Assembly: GCA_028866275.1 (NCBI GenBank)
Contig: JAGWIK010000009.1
Coordinates: 8,339 to 72,338, forward strand
Origin: Alphaproteobacteria bacterium
GTDB taxonomy: Bacteria; Pseudomonadota; Alphaproteobacteria; UBA9219
Direction: 5' to 3'
Length of the DNA stretch: 64,000 nucleotides
Below the pieces are notes generated by a model. That model saw only the letters and a program-made list of their open reading frames with translations. It did no database searches and was not told where the DNA came from. Positions 37,089-46,747 of the stretch are shown piece after piece. A program made the position numbers and the translations under genes. Positions within the stretch are counted from its first letter, which is position 1; every line of letters begins with the position of its first letter.

Positions 37089-38069
37089 TTACGAGATGAG
37101 TTTCGCGCCAACCTGCAGTGCATTCACCGCCGCATATGTCCAGCTACCACCCGTGTTGGGATCGGTGGCAAAAATATCGGTATGAGCCGCATAGGAGGCG
37201 TTGGTGTTGACCACCGCACCCACCGCTTGAACAGCACCCGACTGGATGACGGATTTAACCTGACGCTGACCGGAATCGTCCTGCCGCGCAACGACGATGC
37301 TCTGCACAGCGAGGATTTGCGGCGCATTGGCAACAGGCGACAGCGTATAAAGGTCGATATCGCCCGCCGTGGCGCAAGACACATAGGAGCTGTCATCCAT
37401 GTATGGATTGCTGGCCAGTTGCCAATTGGACGATGCCGAACCGGTCGGCGTCCATTGCGTTGAAACTCCGGCTCCACTCGGCACTTGTGCAGGAACGCGG
37501 GTGTTGCCGATGAAATTGTTCAGTGATGCACCGGTGTTATCACAGATGTAGAAGTCATCGACGATAGCGTTGCCGAGCGATCCAAAATCAAGCTGATCAA
37601 CGCCTGTCGATCCGTTGTTCTGCGTATTGGCAGAGACAAGCGATAGAACGATGGTTTCATTGACCCGCACTGTGACCGCACCTCCCGTGGCGGCGATGAC
37701 GCCATAGACTTCGATATATTGCCAGACCGCGCCAGGGATCACTGCCATCGGCGGCGACGATACGGGATTGCTTGAATATTGCGGCGTGCAGGTGATTGCG
37801 CCCGCCGAGGTGAATTTGAGGCTGAAATTTGTGCCCTTGGTCGAGTCATTGAAATTGACCGTGACGCCCGACGTGTTTTCGATCGCAAAGCCACAGTAAA
37901 AAGTACCGAGCCGCGCCGGAAGATTAATCTGCCCCAGCTTGGCGCAACCGCCACCAGCGCGGCCTTGCCCGGGCAGGATGGTGGCGTTGGTAAAACCAAG
38001 ACTTGCCAACGCCGACGCGGGAGCCAGCGTCGTTAGATAATCGAAGCCTGCGCATTTGATGAGAGCCAT
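37089..38069 (-). CDS. extra phage structural protein of unknown function between tape measure and distal tail genes
   Basis: 326 aa Ser/Thr/Gly/Asn-rich; not part of the canonical GTA-like gene order. Confidence 0.35.
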   Translation of the reverse strand: MALIKCAGFDYLTTLAPASALASLGFTNATILPGQGRAGGGCAKLGQINLPARLGTFYCGFAIENTSGVTVNFNDSTKGTNFSLKFTSAGAITCTPQYSSNPVSSPPMAVIPGAVWQYIEVYGVIAATGGAVTVRVNETIVLSLVSANTQNNGSTGVDQLDFGSLGNAIVDDFYICDNTGASLNNFIGNTRVPAQVPSGAGVSTQWTPTGSASSNWQLASNPYMDDSSYVSCATAGDIDLYTLSPVANAPQILAVQSIVVARQDDSGQRQVKSVIQSGAVQAVGAVVNTNASYAAHTDIFATDPNTGGSWTYAAVNALQVGAKLIS

Positions 38070-38140
38070 AGTTTTTTCGCCTGATTTTTGTTATGCAGGA
38101 TCGAGTGGCGCAATTTTCAACCAGAAACCCATGGTGCATC

Positions 38141-38341
38141 ATGAGCAGCAAAGACATCACGATTTCCCTGACAAAACCGCAGGCAAAAGCTTTGTCCCGG
38201 ATTATCCAATTCTGGACAAATACTGTCTCGCCCGTTGAAGAAGGGACAAAATGCAAGAAATGGATCGAGCAAGATTTGGCGCATGGCAGAAACATTGCCG
38301 AACAGATTGTCTCGATTCTTCCCGAAGCGGCGGTCTACTAA
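38141..38341 (+). CDS. opposite-strand small ORF (66 aa) in the 277-bp gap inside the tail operon; possible moron
   Basis: Only plus-strand ORF in the structural module; charged amphipathic sequence; no strong RBS. Confidence 0.25.
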   Translation: MSSKDITISLTKPQAKALSRIIQFWTNTVSPVEEGTKCKKWIEQDLAHGRNIAEQIVSILPEAAVY

Positions 38342-38346
38342 TCGCC

Positions 38347-41300
38347 TTACGTTCGAAAAGCCCCATTGCGCGCCTGATTGGAAAGCCACCGCCGCATCGA
38401 CGATCCTTGTTGCGTTAGCACGGAATGAAGATCGACATTGCTTCCAGCGTTGATCGTAGGAGAGTAGTGAAAGTTGGTATCGCCGGATGCGCGTGCATTA
38501 TAGGTGTTGCCGCCCACCGATGCCGGAGCCCCGTTCGAATTGGCAAACCTCATGTTTTCGGCAACTCCTTGTGGCAACGCCATGCTTTTGTTGTCGCCGT
38601 AGCCAAGCATGGATTTACCTGATCGGATATTGGCGGCTTGTGCGGCAGGAACGATGATTTCGCCTTTATGAATTTGTGCCACCATGTCGCGTGGCACGCT
38701 ATCCGTGCCAGTATCGAACATCGCCATCATACCAAGAAGGCTTCCGAGACCGCCGCCACCACCGGATGCTGACTCCGTTGAAAGAGCCGCCGTGTTCGCC
38801 GTGACCGCGCTGGTGTTGATATCGGTCTGAACGGTGTTGCCGAGCAGATTGGTCGTCTGCGATGCGGTGTTGCCAGTCGTCGCGGCGGTTCCGGCTGTGG
38901 TCGCCGTGGTATTGGCGGTGACAAGCGCACCGTGACCCGTGAGCGATGCCGTCAGCGAGGTCAAAGCTGCTGTGTTGGTGGTAATTGCAGTCGTTTGCGC
39001 TGTCTGGCCACCGATACCCGCCGCGTTGCCGCCGAGACCGAGCAATGACCCTGCGCCGCGTCCAGCACCGCCGCCACCGAACATCGGCGCGGTGAGGCTG
39101 GACATCTCTTTCGCCAGCCCAGAAAAAGCCTGCTTGATGCCGGACTGGATAAAACTCAACACCATCGACTGGGCGAGTTTCCGCATACCTGCCTGCAGCG
39201 TTTGCGTGCCGCGCAACATGCCTTCGATCGAGGAGTCGAACGCGTGTTCGATAGGGGCGAAGGTACTTTCCCACGCCTGTGTGACCTGCTGCGCCGCCTG
39301 TTTGTTCAGATTGGCGGTATCCAGCGCGTATTGCTCGGAGGCCGCTGCCAGCTTGGCTTGCGCCTCGGCGATTTGCACGGGCGTGCTGTTGCCGTCATTG
39401 ATGGTGTCGTTAAATTCCGCCTGTTTGGCAACAAACTCCGCCTTCAGCGCGTCCATGCGGCGGTCGAGGTCGGCCTTGGCGCCTTCGCCGCTGATATCGC
39501 CAAACAGCGTATCGATGATACTACCGTCTTTCTTGCCTTTCGGCGCGGGCGCGCCTGCGAGGTCGATCTTGGCGATTTCTGCTTTGCTCGCCAGCGCGAT
39601 CTGGCGGATTTTGCGGTCGTCTTGGATTTGCTGTTGCAAGAGGCGCGTCTTTTCGTCGAGCGCGGTCTTGTAGTTTTTGATGTCGTTGCCGTAGAGATCT
39701 TGTCCTTTCTGCACCCACTGGTCGGCAAGGGCGATTTGCTGGGCGACATTGCTTTTCGACGCCTCAATCTTGAGACGCATGGTTTCGGAAAAATTCTGCC
39801 ACTCGTCGGTCAGCGATTTGGTGTCGAGTTCATGCTGATCGGCGGCGATCTGCTTGCGGATTTGGATTTCCGCTTTTGATCCAGCTTGCACCTGGTCGAG
39901 ATGCTCTCGCCAGAATTGCAGCTCGTATTGCTTTTCCTGATCGCCCGAAAGGCGACGGGCGACTAGTTCCTCTTCAAGCTGATCGCGCAGCCCCTGCATC
40001 TGACCGGCGCCGACGCGGTTGTTCACTTCTCGCTTCTGGCGTTGCAGAAGGGCGATGTTGTCCTGAATAATCTCTGCTTCGCCGCCAGTCGCGGTTTTCA
40101 GAGCTTCTTCGTCGCGCGCCAGTTCCTGTTTAATGCGCCCGCGTTCGGCATCGTCGGCCTTGAGTTTCAGGTTCTCGTCCTGAATCTCACGTAAGATACG
40201 CAGCTGCTCGCCACCGGATGTTGGCGTGCCAACCGACGGCACGGTAGCACTGGCCGAAAGACTTGTGACAGCCTGTTTGGCGCTGTGGAAGCCATTGATC
40301 AGATAGGCCACGCCCTCAAGCACATGGGCGACACCGGCATTGAAGGCGTTCGCCCAGCTGCTGTCGCCAATAGCGCGGGTGAGATTCTGCCATGCGTTCT
40401 TGAGGTCGTTGGTGCTGTTCTGCAGTGGCGTCAGACCGTCATTGACCAACGGGCCAAACTTCGCCTGCAGGGCATCGATGGCGACCTTGTAGGCTTGCGC
40501 TTTCTGGCCGCTTTCGTTGAAGTCGTGAATGGCTTGCGCCTGCGCGACCGACAGGAATGAAAATCGCTGGTCGAGCTTGGTGATGCTGTCATAGCCGCCA
40601 TTCAGCGTCGAAATCAGCTCCTCGGTCGCCTTCGGCACATCGCTGCCTGTGACGCGGGCATAACCAACGGCGGCTTGGCTCAACGCAACATAAGAACCAG
40701 TGCCGATATCCCGCTGCCGCGCAAACATCTCGACCATCTGGGTGGCGGTCTCGGTGTTGGCACCATGAAGCTGACGGATCGTGTCGATATAAGAGGCGAT
40801 CTGACCTTTGCTCGTGCCAAAATTCGCGCCTGTCGCGTCCATAGCGGCTTGAATCTGGCCGAAGGATTCCGCCCATTGTTCCGCCACGCGCAAAGCGCCG
40901 ATAAAGGCGCCCGTTACGGCTACGACAGCGCCAACGACCAGCGTGGTCGGCGTTACCAAGGTACGAAAGGCTCCGGCAAGCCCGCCCGTGCGCTCGGACA
41001 GGACGATGATCGACCCTGCGGCGCGTTTATAGGAACCAATCAGGGTTTCATGGGCGAGAACCAGCTTTTCGCGGAAAATCTGGGCATTGTGTTCGCCCGC
41101 GCCGGATAGCTCATCCATCGGGCCGCGCGCTTGTTGAAGTTGAGCGCGGAGTTTCGCAACGCTGCTCTGCGCAGAAGATGCCGCCGTCGCCGCTTGCGCC
41201 AGTCCGGCCTTCAACTGATCGGAGGCCGATGAACCAGCTTCGCGCATCTGTGCCGCCATATTCCGCAACTCGGCGGTCGTGGCCGATAGATCGGCCTTGG

Positions 41301-41367
41301 CGACCGCGAGCTTGGCGGTCAGGCCGGTGACGTCGGCGGTGATCGATACGGCGATGTTAGAGGACAT
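38347..41367 (-). CDS. phage tail tape measure protein
   Basis: 1006 aa, Ala/Gln-rich coiled-coil, Gly-rich segments. Confidence 0.85.
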   Translation of the reverse strand: MSSNIAVSITADVTGLTAKLAVAKADLSATTAELRNMAAQMREAGSSASDQLKAGLAQAATAASSAQSSVAKLRAQLQQARGPMDELSGAGEHNAQIFREKLVLAHETLIGSYKRAAGSIIVLSERTGGLAGAFRTLVTPTTLVVGAVVAVTGAFIGALRVAEQWAESFGQIQAAMDATGANFGTSKGQIASYIDTIRQLHGANTETATQMVEMFARQRDIGTGSYVALSQAAVGYARVTGSDVPKATEELISTLNGGYDSITKLDQRFSFLSVAQAQAIHDFNESGQKAQAYKVAIDALQAKFGPLVNDGLTPLQNSTNDLKNAWQNLTRAIGDSSWANAFNAGVAHVLEGVAYLINGFHSAKQAVTSLSASATVPSVGTPTSGGEQLRILREIQDENLKLKADDAERGRIKQELARDEEALKTATGGEAEIIQDNIALLQRQKREVNNRVGAGQMQGLRDQLEEELVARRLSGDQEKQYELQFWREHLDQVQAGSKAEIQIRKQIAADQHELDTKSLTDEWQNFSETMRLKIEASKSNVAQQIALADQWVQKGQDLYGNDIKNYKTALDEKTRLLQQQIQDDRKIRQIALASKAEIAKIDLAGAPAPKGKKDGSIIDTLFGDISGEGAKADLDRRMDALKAEFVAKQAEFNDTINDGNSTPVQIAEAQAKLAAASEQYALDTANLNKQAAQQVTQAWESTFAPIEHAFDSSIEGMLRGTQTLQAGMRKLAQSMVLSFIQSGIKQAFSGLAKEMSSLTAPMFGGGGAGRGAGSLLGLGGNAAGIGGQTAQTTAITTNTAALTSLTASLTGHGALVTANTTATTAGTAATTGNTASQTTNLLGNTVQTDINTSAVTANTAALSTESASGGGGGLGSLLGMMAMFDTGTDSVPRDMVAQIHKGEIIVPAAQAANIRSGKSMLGYGDNKSMALPQGVAENMRFANSNGAPASVGGNTYNARASGDTNFHYSPTINAGSNVDLHSVLTQQGSSMRRWLSNQARNGAFRT

Positions 41368-41648
41368 GGCTCATGAGTCTCTTGAATTATTCCTGCCGAA
41401 GCTTCATGCTCTGCGCCTACATAATGGTCGGGGATGCGTGATCGGATGTCCAAGACGCAAGTCCAAAGGTTCGCGCACCCTTGTCGTAGAGTGGGTTTTG
41501 TTCCCCGATCGCCCTTATGATTTGTATCCGACAAACCACTTCAGCAGCATGTGCGCGGGCGGATTCTTGCGCCAATAGGCAAGCAGATCGAGATAAACAG
41601 GAAACGGTAGCGCATCGATTTCGGACGGCGTGTAACCGCATGCCGTCA

Positions 41649-42023
41649 TCAGGCTTCCGTAGATTTCGACCCAGTCGAGGTCGTTGAGGTTGCCGGCTCC
41701 ACCGGCTGCGCTTCCCCCGGTTCGATCGCCCGCATTTCGACGCCCATCAGCTTGGCGATTTTCTCTACCGCCACTCTCAGTTCAGGAAAGGTCACGCCGA
41801 CAATGGCATCGACGTCTGCCGCCGTAACGGCGGAATTTGCCGCATGCATGGCGAGATAAAGGATAGTCGTCTGCGCCCCCATGCCTTCGGGACTGTCGAT
41901 GCCGATGCGGGTGAAAGCGGGACCAGCTTGGCGTAATTGTCCCAAGGTTAGCGGCGCGATAGGAAAATTCTGGCCGCCCAGCGTGATGCTGCGTTCGTCG
42001 GACATAGTGCTTGTTCCTTTCAT
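41649..42023 (-). CDS. phage tail assembly chaperone-like protein
   Basis: Position between the major tail and tape measure genes. Confidence 0.45.
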   Translation of the reverse strand: MKGTSTMSDERSITLGGQNFPIAPLTLGQLRQAGPAFTRIGIDSPEGMGAQTTILYLAMHAANSAVTAADVDAIVGVTFPELRVAVEKIAKLMGVEMRAIEPGEAQPVEPATSTTSTGSKSTEA

Positions 42024-42034
42024 GTTGGAGAAGA

Positions 42035-42832
42035 TTAAACTTGGTCGCTCGACCAGTCGAAGACGCGACCAAGGCTGTCGGCGAAGGCCGAGAATTCAAA
42101 ATCGGGGATGGTGAAATCCTCGTTCTTGAAATTCCATGTGGTCTTGGTGGGAATGCATTGGTAAAGGGTCAACGCTAGCTTGTTGCCTTGGAAGCTGTTG
42201 CCGAGATTGAGCCGGAAAATCGGCGACGATCCCATCAGCTGGTTATAAGCAGTGATGCGCGCGCCGGTCGTCGTCTGGAAATACGCGTAGGAAATCACGA
42301 CCCTGACTCCCGCAAGCTGATCGGCACTGCTGAAGGTATAAGTGCCAGTCGTCATATCGACGCTGTACTGTCCCGCCGTCGGTGCCGATGCGACGCGCGT
42401 CAGCTGAATTCCCGTAGAGGCGTTGAACACGCCCAGATCGACGCCAGGGTTGCCCGACGACATGGCCGAGCCATTGACGACGACGATTTGGTAGGGGGTC
42501 GCTGGAATGGGGGTGCCAGCGGGGCCGCCTTCATCGACCACCTGAATCTGCTCGCCGGTGGTGAGGTTTTGTCCGAAGAAGGCGTCGTTAAGCGAACGGG
42601 CGTTGATCTTGGCGAATTTGGATTTGCCGGTGATCTTCATCTTGCCGCGAGCAACGGCGACGGGCGCTTGGTATTGCCCCGTCAGTTCCTTGGCGTCGAA
42701 GGACATATCGACGCTGACGTCTTGCAAAGTGCCGATGCGCGTGGGCGTCGGCGTTGCGATATCGGTGCGCACAAGAAACAGGGTTCCGGCACCGAAGCTG
42801 TATTGTTCAAGAGGCATGGGTGGCTCCATCAA
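42035..42832 (-). CDS. phage major tail protein
   Basis: Position and size. Confidence 0.55.
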   Translation of the reverse strand: MMEPPMPLEQYSFGAGTLFLVRTDIATPTPTRIGTLQDVSVDMSFDAKELTGQYQAPVAVARGKMKITGKSKFAKINARSLNDAFFGQNLTTGEQIQVVDEGGPAGTPIPATPYQIVVVNGSAMSSGNPGVDLGVFNASTGIQLTRVASAPTAGQYSVDMTTGTYTFSSADQLAGVRVVISYAYFQTTTGARITAYNQLMGSSPIFRLNLGNSFQGNKLALTLYQCIPTKTTWNFKNEDFTIPDFEFSAFADSLGRVFDWSSDQV

Positions 42833-42910
42833 AGGGATGCGCCGTCATCACGACGGTGCGGATGCCTTGCCGAAGGGCATGTCGGCGTTCCACAGATTGA
42901 GGCTGTGGAA

Positions 42911-43333
42911 TTACGGAATGAGGATTTTCACGGGGATGATCGCTTTGGCGATGCCGTCCAGCACGCCGGGGAATTGTTCGATATTGCCTTCAATCCACGC
43001 ATGCGAGACAAGCCCGCCAAGGGTCTGCACGCCGCTGACGATGTTCGGCACCAGCGCCGCCTCGATTGCGTCGATGATGTCGTTAAGCCCTTGCTCCGGA
43101 TTGGCGTTCGGGTCTTTGCCGACATCCGTGTAAACCCAAAGTTCAGCCGTGATCGTGCGTTTGGGCGGCAGGCCGCGTACCTCGCGTGGCGGGTAATGCG
43201 TGCCCGTCGACTGAACGAACAAGGCAGGAAACGACGCGACCTTGCTCCATAATTGCAGACGGCGACCGCTGGTGTTGAAGGTTGTCGCTGTCAGCGCGAG
43301 ATTGAACAAGGCGGTTATGATTTCCTCGCGCAT
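42911..43333 (-). CDS. phage tail completion / DUF3168-like protein
   Basis: Position and size. Confidence 0.35.
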   Translation of the reverse strand: MREEIITALFNLALTATTFNTSGRRLQLWSKVASFPALFVQSTGTHYPPREVRGLPPKRTITAELWVYTDVGKDPNANPEQGLNDIIDAIEAALVPNIVSGVQTLGGLVSHAWIEGNIEQFPGVLDGIAKAIIPVKILIP

Positions 43334-43336
43334 GCG

Positions 43337-43825
43337 CTAATCCTTAACCCGTTCGTTCATCGCTGCCGTCAGTTCCGTTACCGCCTCCGATTCCACTTCG
43401 GCGAGGCCGCCGCGCAGGTAAAAGCGTTCTTCAAGATCGACATCGCGCGGATGCGCGCTGACATTGATGCGCGTCGGCGAAATATCGCGCCCGAAGGCTT
43501 CCGTGATTGTCCGGCTGTGTTGGCGAAGTTTGACGGCGCGATGCACGCCATATTCCAACGCGCCAGCCTTGATATATTCGGCGCGCGAAAGATTGCCTTC
43601 CAGCGTCACCAGCCCTTTGATCTTTTCCGGATTGTCAAAGACCTTGGAGATGATTTCATCTTTGAGTTTGCCCGTCCGCTCCGGCGCCAGCGCGCGCACC
43701 CGACCATAAAGCTCGTCGGTCAGTTTCTGGATACGGGTTAGCAGCGTGTCATGGATTTCCTTCGGCCATTCGGCAAAACGCGCTTCAACGGCGCGGTCAC
43801 CGGAAATAACAGCGTCAAAATCCAT
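43337..43825 (-). CDS. HK97 gp10-like head-tail joining protein
   Basis: Position; pattern-level. Confidence 0.45.
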   Translation of the reverse strand: MDFDAVISGDRAVEARFAEWPKEIHDTLLTRIQKLTDELYGRVRALAPERTGKLKDEIISKVFDNPEKIKGLVTLEGNLSRAEYIKAGALEYGVHRAVKLRQHSRTITEAFGRDISPTRINVSAHPRDVDLEERFYLRGGLAEVESEAVTELTAAMNERVKD

Positions 43826-43827
43826 GG

Positions 43828-44514
43828 TTAGATCGCCAGCGGTACGCGATATTTTTCAAGAACGGCGGCAATATCGGGCGGGAATGGCCCCGTTTGACCA
43901 GGCAAAGCACCGATCCAATATTGCTCATTGCCAACACCAGGCTCGCCTTGGCTGCGCAGGAACGGATCACGGCCACGGGCTTTGAAACGGGCGGTGACCA
44001 AACGCAACACGGCCATTTCGAGATCGGCGGGCGGCGTACCCGATCCGGCCTCAAAATACCCCGCCTGATACCGGACGGTGTATTGATCGGGTGACCAGCC
44101 GGTCGGATAGCCCGTGTTTGGATCAATCTTCGTCAGCCACCCATCGGCGGTATCGACAATAAAATCGGTGCCTTCCGTCAGGGCGTTGGTCACACCCACC
44201 GCCACCGTATCCGTGACCGAGGTCACAGACACAATCGGCCAGCGCGAAAGCTGCAATTCCGACAACATGCCCGTCACCTGATAGGGGTATGGGTCACGGT
44301 CGGGATAAATGACGTCCTGCACCGTCTCAATTGGAAACGCGCGATTGCAATATTGCGCCACCAACGCCGACTGCTCGGTGATAAAGCGCGCCAGCGTGGC
44401 ATCGCTGGAGGTGTCGGTCGATGGGATCGCCAAATCGTCCTTGATGTTTGCCAGCGTTGTCAGGTCATAACTCGACGCTGGTGTCAGAACGGTTGTGACG
44501 ATCCGAACCGCCAT
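43828..44514 (-). CDS. phage gp6-like head-tail connector protein
   Basis: N-terminal DLAIP...ITEQSALVAQYCNRAF resembles the connector family. Confidence 0.45.
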   Translation of the reverse strand: MAVRIVTTVLTPASSYDLTTLANIKDDLAIPSTDTSSDATLARFITEQSALVAQYCNRAFPIETVQDVIYPDRDPYPYQVTGMLSELQLSRWPIVSVTSVTDTVAVGVTNALTEGTDFIVDTADGWLTKIDPNTGYPTGWSPDQYTVRYQAGYFEAGSGTPPADLEMAVLRLVTARFKARGRDPFLRSQGEPGVGNEQYWIGALPGQTGPFPPDIAAVLEKYRVPLAI

Positions 44515-44515
44515 G

Positions 44516-44746
44516 TTAGCTCCGCTTGCGGGTTTTGTAGGATTGACCGGTGACAGGCTTTACAGGGCTTTCCGCTGCCGGTTGGCTCTGTTCTCCGGCT
44601 GTTTGCGTCTGTGCTTTGTCAAAGACGCTTTTGCAAAGCTTCGCCTTGCCGTCCGCGATCAGCTTGTCTGCGACCACGTCCGGCACAACCCGCTTTTCAC
44701 CCGCGCGATGCGGACGCATGTCGCGGGTGAATTCGACCATCTTCAT
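44516..44746 (-). CDS. small phage protein (head module)
   Basis: ORF between the connector and capsid-associated genes. Confidence 0.25.
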   Translation of the reverse strand: MKMVEFTRDMRPHRAGEKRVVPDVVADKLIADGKAKLCKSVFDKAQTQTAGEQSQPAAESPVKPVTGQSYKTRKRS

Positions 44747-44749
44747 GGC

Positions 44750-45187
44750 TTACACCGCCGCCAGTTCGCGTTCACCGCCGAGGATAATGTCGGCTGCGAC
44801 CAGAATCGCAGGCGACGTACCACCGGTAAAGGCGACAGCCGTCACCGCGCGGATAAACCGAGCCGCCCCCGTAAGGTCGATGGCGGCGGTATTCTCGCTG
44901 TTGGCCGCCGTCAGGGCTGCCGTTTGCTGCACAGCGCTGCCGATTTGGTAATTGCTCCAAGTGGCGTTGTCAGGCGAATGCTGCAGCGTGGTTTGCACAG
45001 ATGTGGTAGTGGGGGCGCCACTTTCCGCACCGACCACCTGATGCAACACGCAGGATCCCGCCAGATTATGCAACGCTCGGTCGATGCTGGCGCCGTTGAT
45101 GGTACCAGCGGCTGCACTTTCGGGAAACACGCTGGTGACGGGAACGACAAGCGACCCGATATTGCGTTGGATGACGATATCAGACAT
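44750..45187 (-). CDS. phage head-associated protein (unknown; possibly a decoration protein)
   Basis: Position directly downstream of the major capsid gene. Confidence 0.3.
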   Translation of the reverse strand: MSDIVIQRNIGSLVVPVTSVFPESAAAGTINGASIDRALHNLAGSCVLHQVVGAESGAPTTTSVQTTLQHSPDNATWSNYQIGSAVQQTAALTAANSENTAAIDLTGAARFIRAVTAVAFTGGTSPAILVAADIILGGERELAAV

Positions 45188-45229
45188 AGGGATTCTCCAT
45201 GGTTAGGTGGTGGTTGATTGAACGGCTGT

Positions 45230-46660
45230 TTACTGAACCGCAGGCGCCCAGCGAACGAACTGCAGCACGGCGCAACCGGAGTCGTGCCGCAGCTGGAAGT
45301 CGTGTTCGGTGATGGCGCGGATCAGCGTCTGGTCGTACTGGAAGGCCGACACCGTATTGCCGCCGGCATCGGTGTAAGTGCCTTCGCGCGACACGGCGAG
45401 TTCGAGGCTCATCGAGTCGAGGATCATGGCTTCGGTCATCTCGGCCAGAATGATGAACGAGCAATCCTTGTTCGTGCCGGTCGGATCCCAGATATTGATT
45501 GGAATCTGGGTCGTTTTCTTGAACGAATAGCCGTAGAGCGTGCCCTTCGACAATTCGTCGCGGAAGACGTACAAGCCAAGCGAGTTCAGCAAGCCGAACA
45601 GGTAATTGTACGTCCGCTGATGCATGAACCAGACGCGCTTGCGATCCGGCACGTTGGCGACATCGAGACGGTTGATCAGGCCGGTCAACTCGTTCACCAC
45701 CGTCGTTTCCGTGTAGGTCTCGTTTGAGGTGATGAAGTTGCCGCCGTTCTGGCCTAGCAGCGGATTGCCTGCCGAACCATTAACGGCTGCCGTCGAGTCA
45801 GAAGTCGAACTCCACACACCCGCCGTGCCGCCTTGCGAGGCAGCCCATGCGTTGGCGAAGCCGGTAAAGCCCATTGGAGCCGCCTGTGTGCCATCGCCGA
45901 GCAGGAAGGCCAAGTCTTCACGAAGCGCGATAACCTCGACCAGATCGTCGCGCACCATGGCGTCAATCGCCGGATCGGCGTAACGCATCAAGTCGTTCGA
46001 GATCGGCACCAGCGCCGTCAGTTTCTTGAAGCTGGCGACAATCTGCTTCAAGGTCTGCTGCGAGGTGGCAATCTGCGAGTTTTCTGTGCCGTAGCTCGCC
46101 GTTGCAGGGCTGGCCTGACCTGGCAAGGTCATCGTGCCGCGAGGCATAGGGATGACACGCGGATTGGAACCGCGCACCACCGCCGCCGGACGCAGAAGCT
46201 CGATAACCTCATTCATGTAATCCGGAGGCACGATGAAGCCGCCCGCCGGGCCGGTCGACGCGACCAGAGCGCGGGTGACAGGATGGCTTTCACCGTAGAC
46301 TTCGTGCGATGCCTGACGGGCGCTGAACAGATTGCCCCCGCCATAGGCCATCATCTTGGCCGCTGCACCGATGACAAGACTGCGTTCCTTGACGTAACGG
46401 TCAGTCTCTACCGACGCTGGTGCCTTGTTGATGTGATTGACTTGCCCTGCAACCGGCTGGGCAGTTTCTGCGGAAAGCGCCTGTGCTTCCTTGGCGCGGA
46501 CGATTTGCGCGTCAAGATCGGTGACGGCACGTTTCTTTGTCTCATAGTCGGCCTGTTCGGCTTCGGTGAGGATCGGTTTTTCGGCAAGCGTCTTAAAATC
46601 ATCGAAGGCGCGCGCGCGTTGTTGCAACAGTTCTGCGATTTTAGTCATAGGGGGCTCCAT
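45230..46660 (-). CDS. HK97-family major capsid protein with N-terminal coiled-coil delta domain
   Basis: 476 aa; N-terminal coiled-coil; position after the protease. Confidence 0.75.
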   Translation of the reverse strand: MEPPMTKIAELLQQRARAFDDFKTLAEKPILTEAEQADYETKKRAVTDLDAQIVRAKEAQALSAETAQPVAGQVNHINKAPASVETDRYVKERSLVIGAAAKMMAYGGGNLFSARQASHEVYGESHPVTRALVASTGPAGGFIVPPDYMNEVIELLRPAAVVRGSNPRVIPMPRGTMTLPGQASPATASYGTENSQIATSQQTLKQIVASFKKLTALVPISNDLMRYADPAIDAMVRDDLVEVIALREDLAFLLGDGTQAAPMGFTGFANAWAASQGGTAGVWSSTSDSTAAVNGSAGNPLLGQNGGNFITSNETYTETTVVNELTGLINRLDVANVPDRKRVWFMHQRTYNYLFGLLNSLGLYVFRDELSKGTLYGYSFKKTTQIPINIWDPTGTNKDCSFIILAEMTEAMILDSMSLELAVSREGTYTDAGGNTVSAFQYDQTLIRAITEHDFQLRHDSGCAVLQFVRWAPAVQ

Positions 46661-46747
46661 CTGAGGGAAAGGCCGTCATCACGACGGTCTAATGCGCCTT
46701 GCCCAAGGGCGGGTGGGGCGTCGACCGGCAACGTGCCGGTCGAAAGG

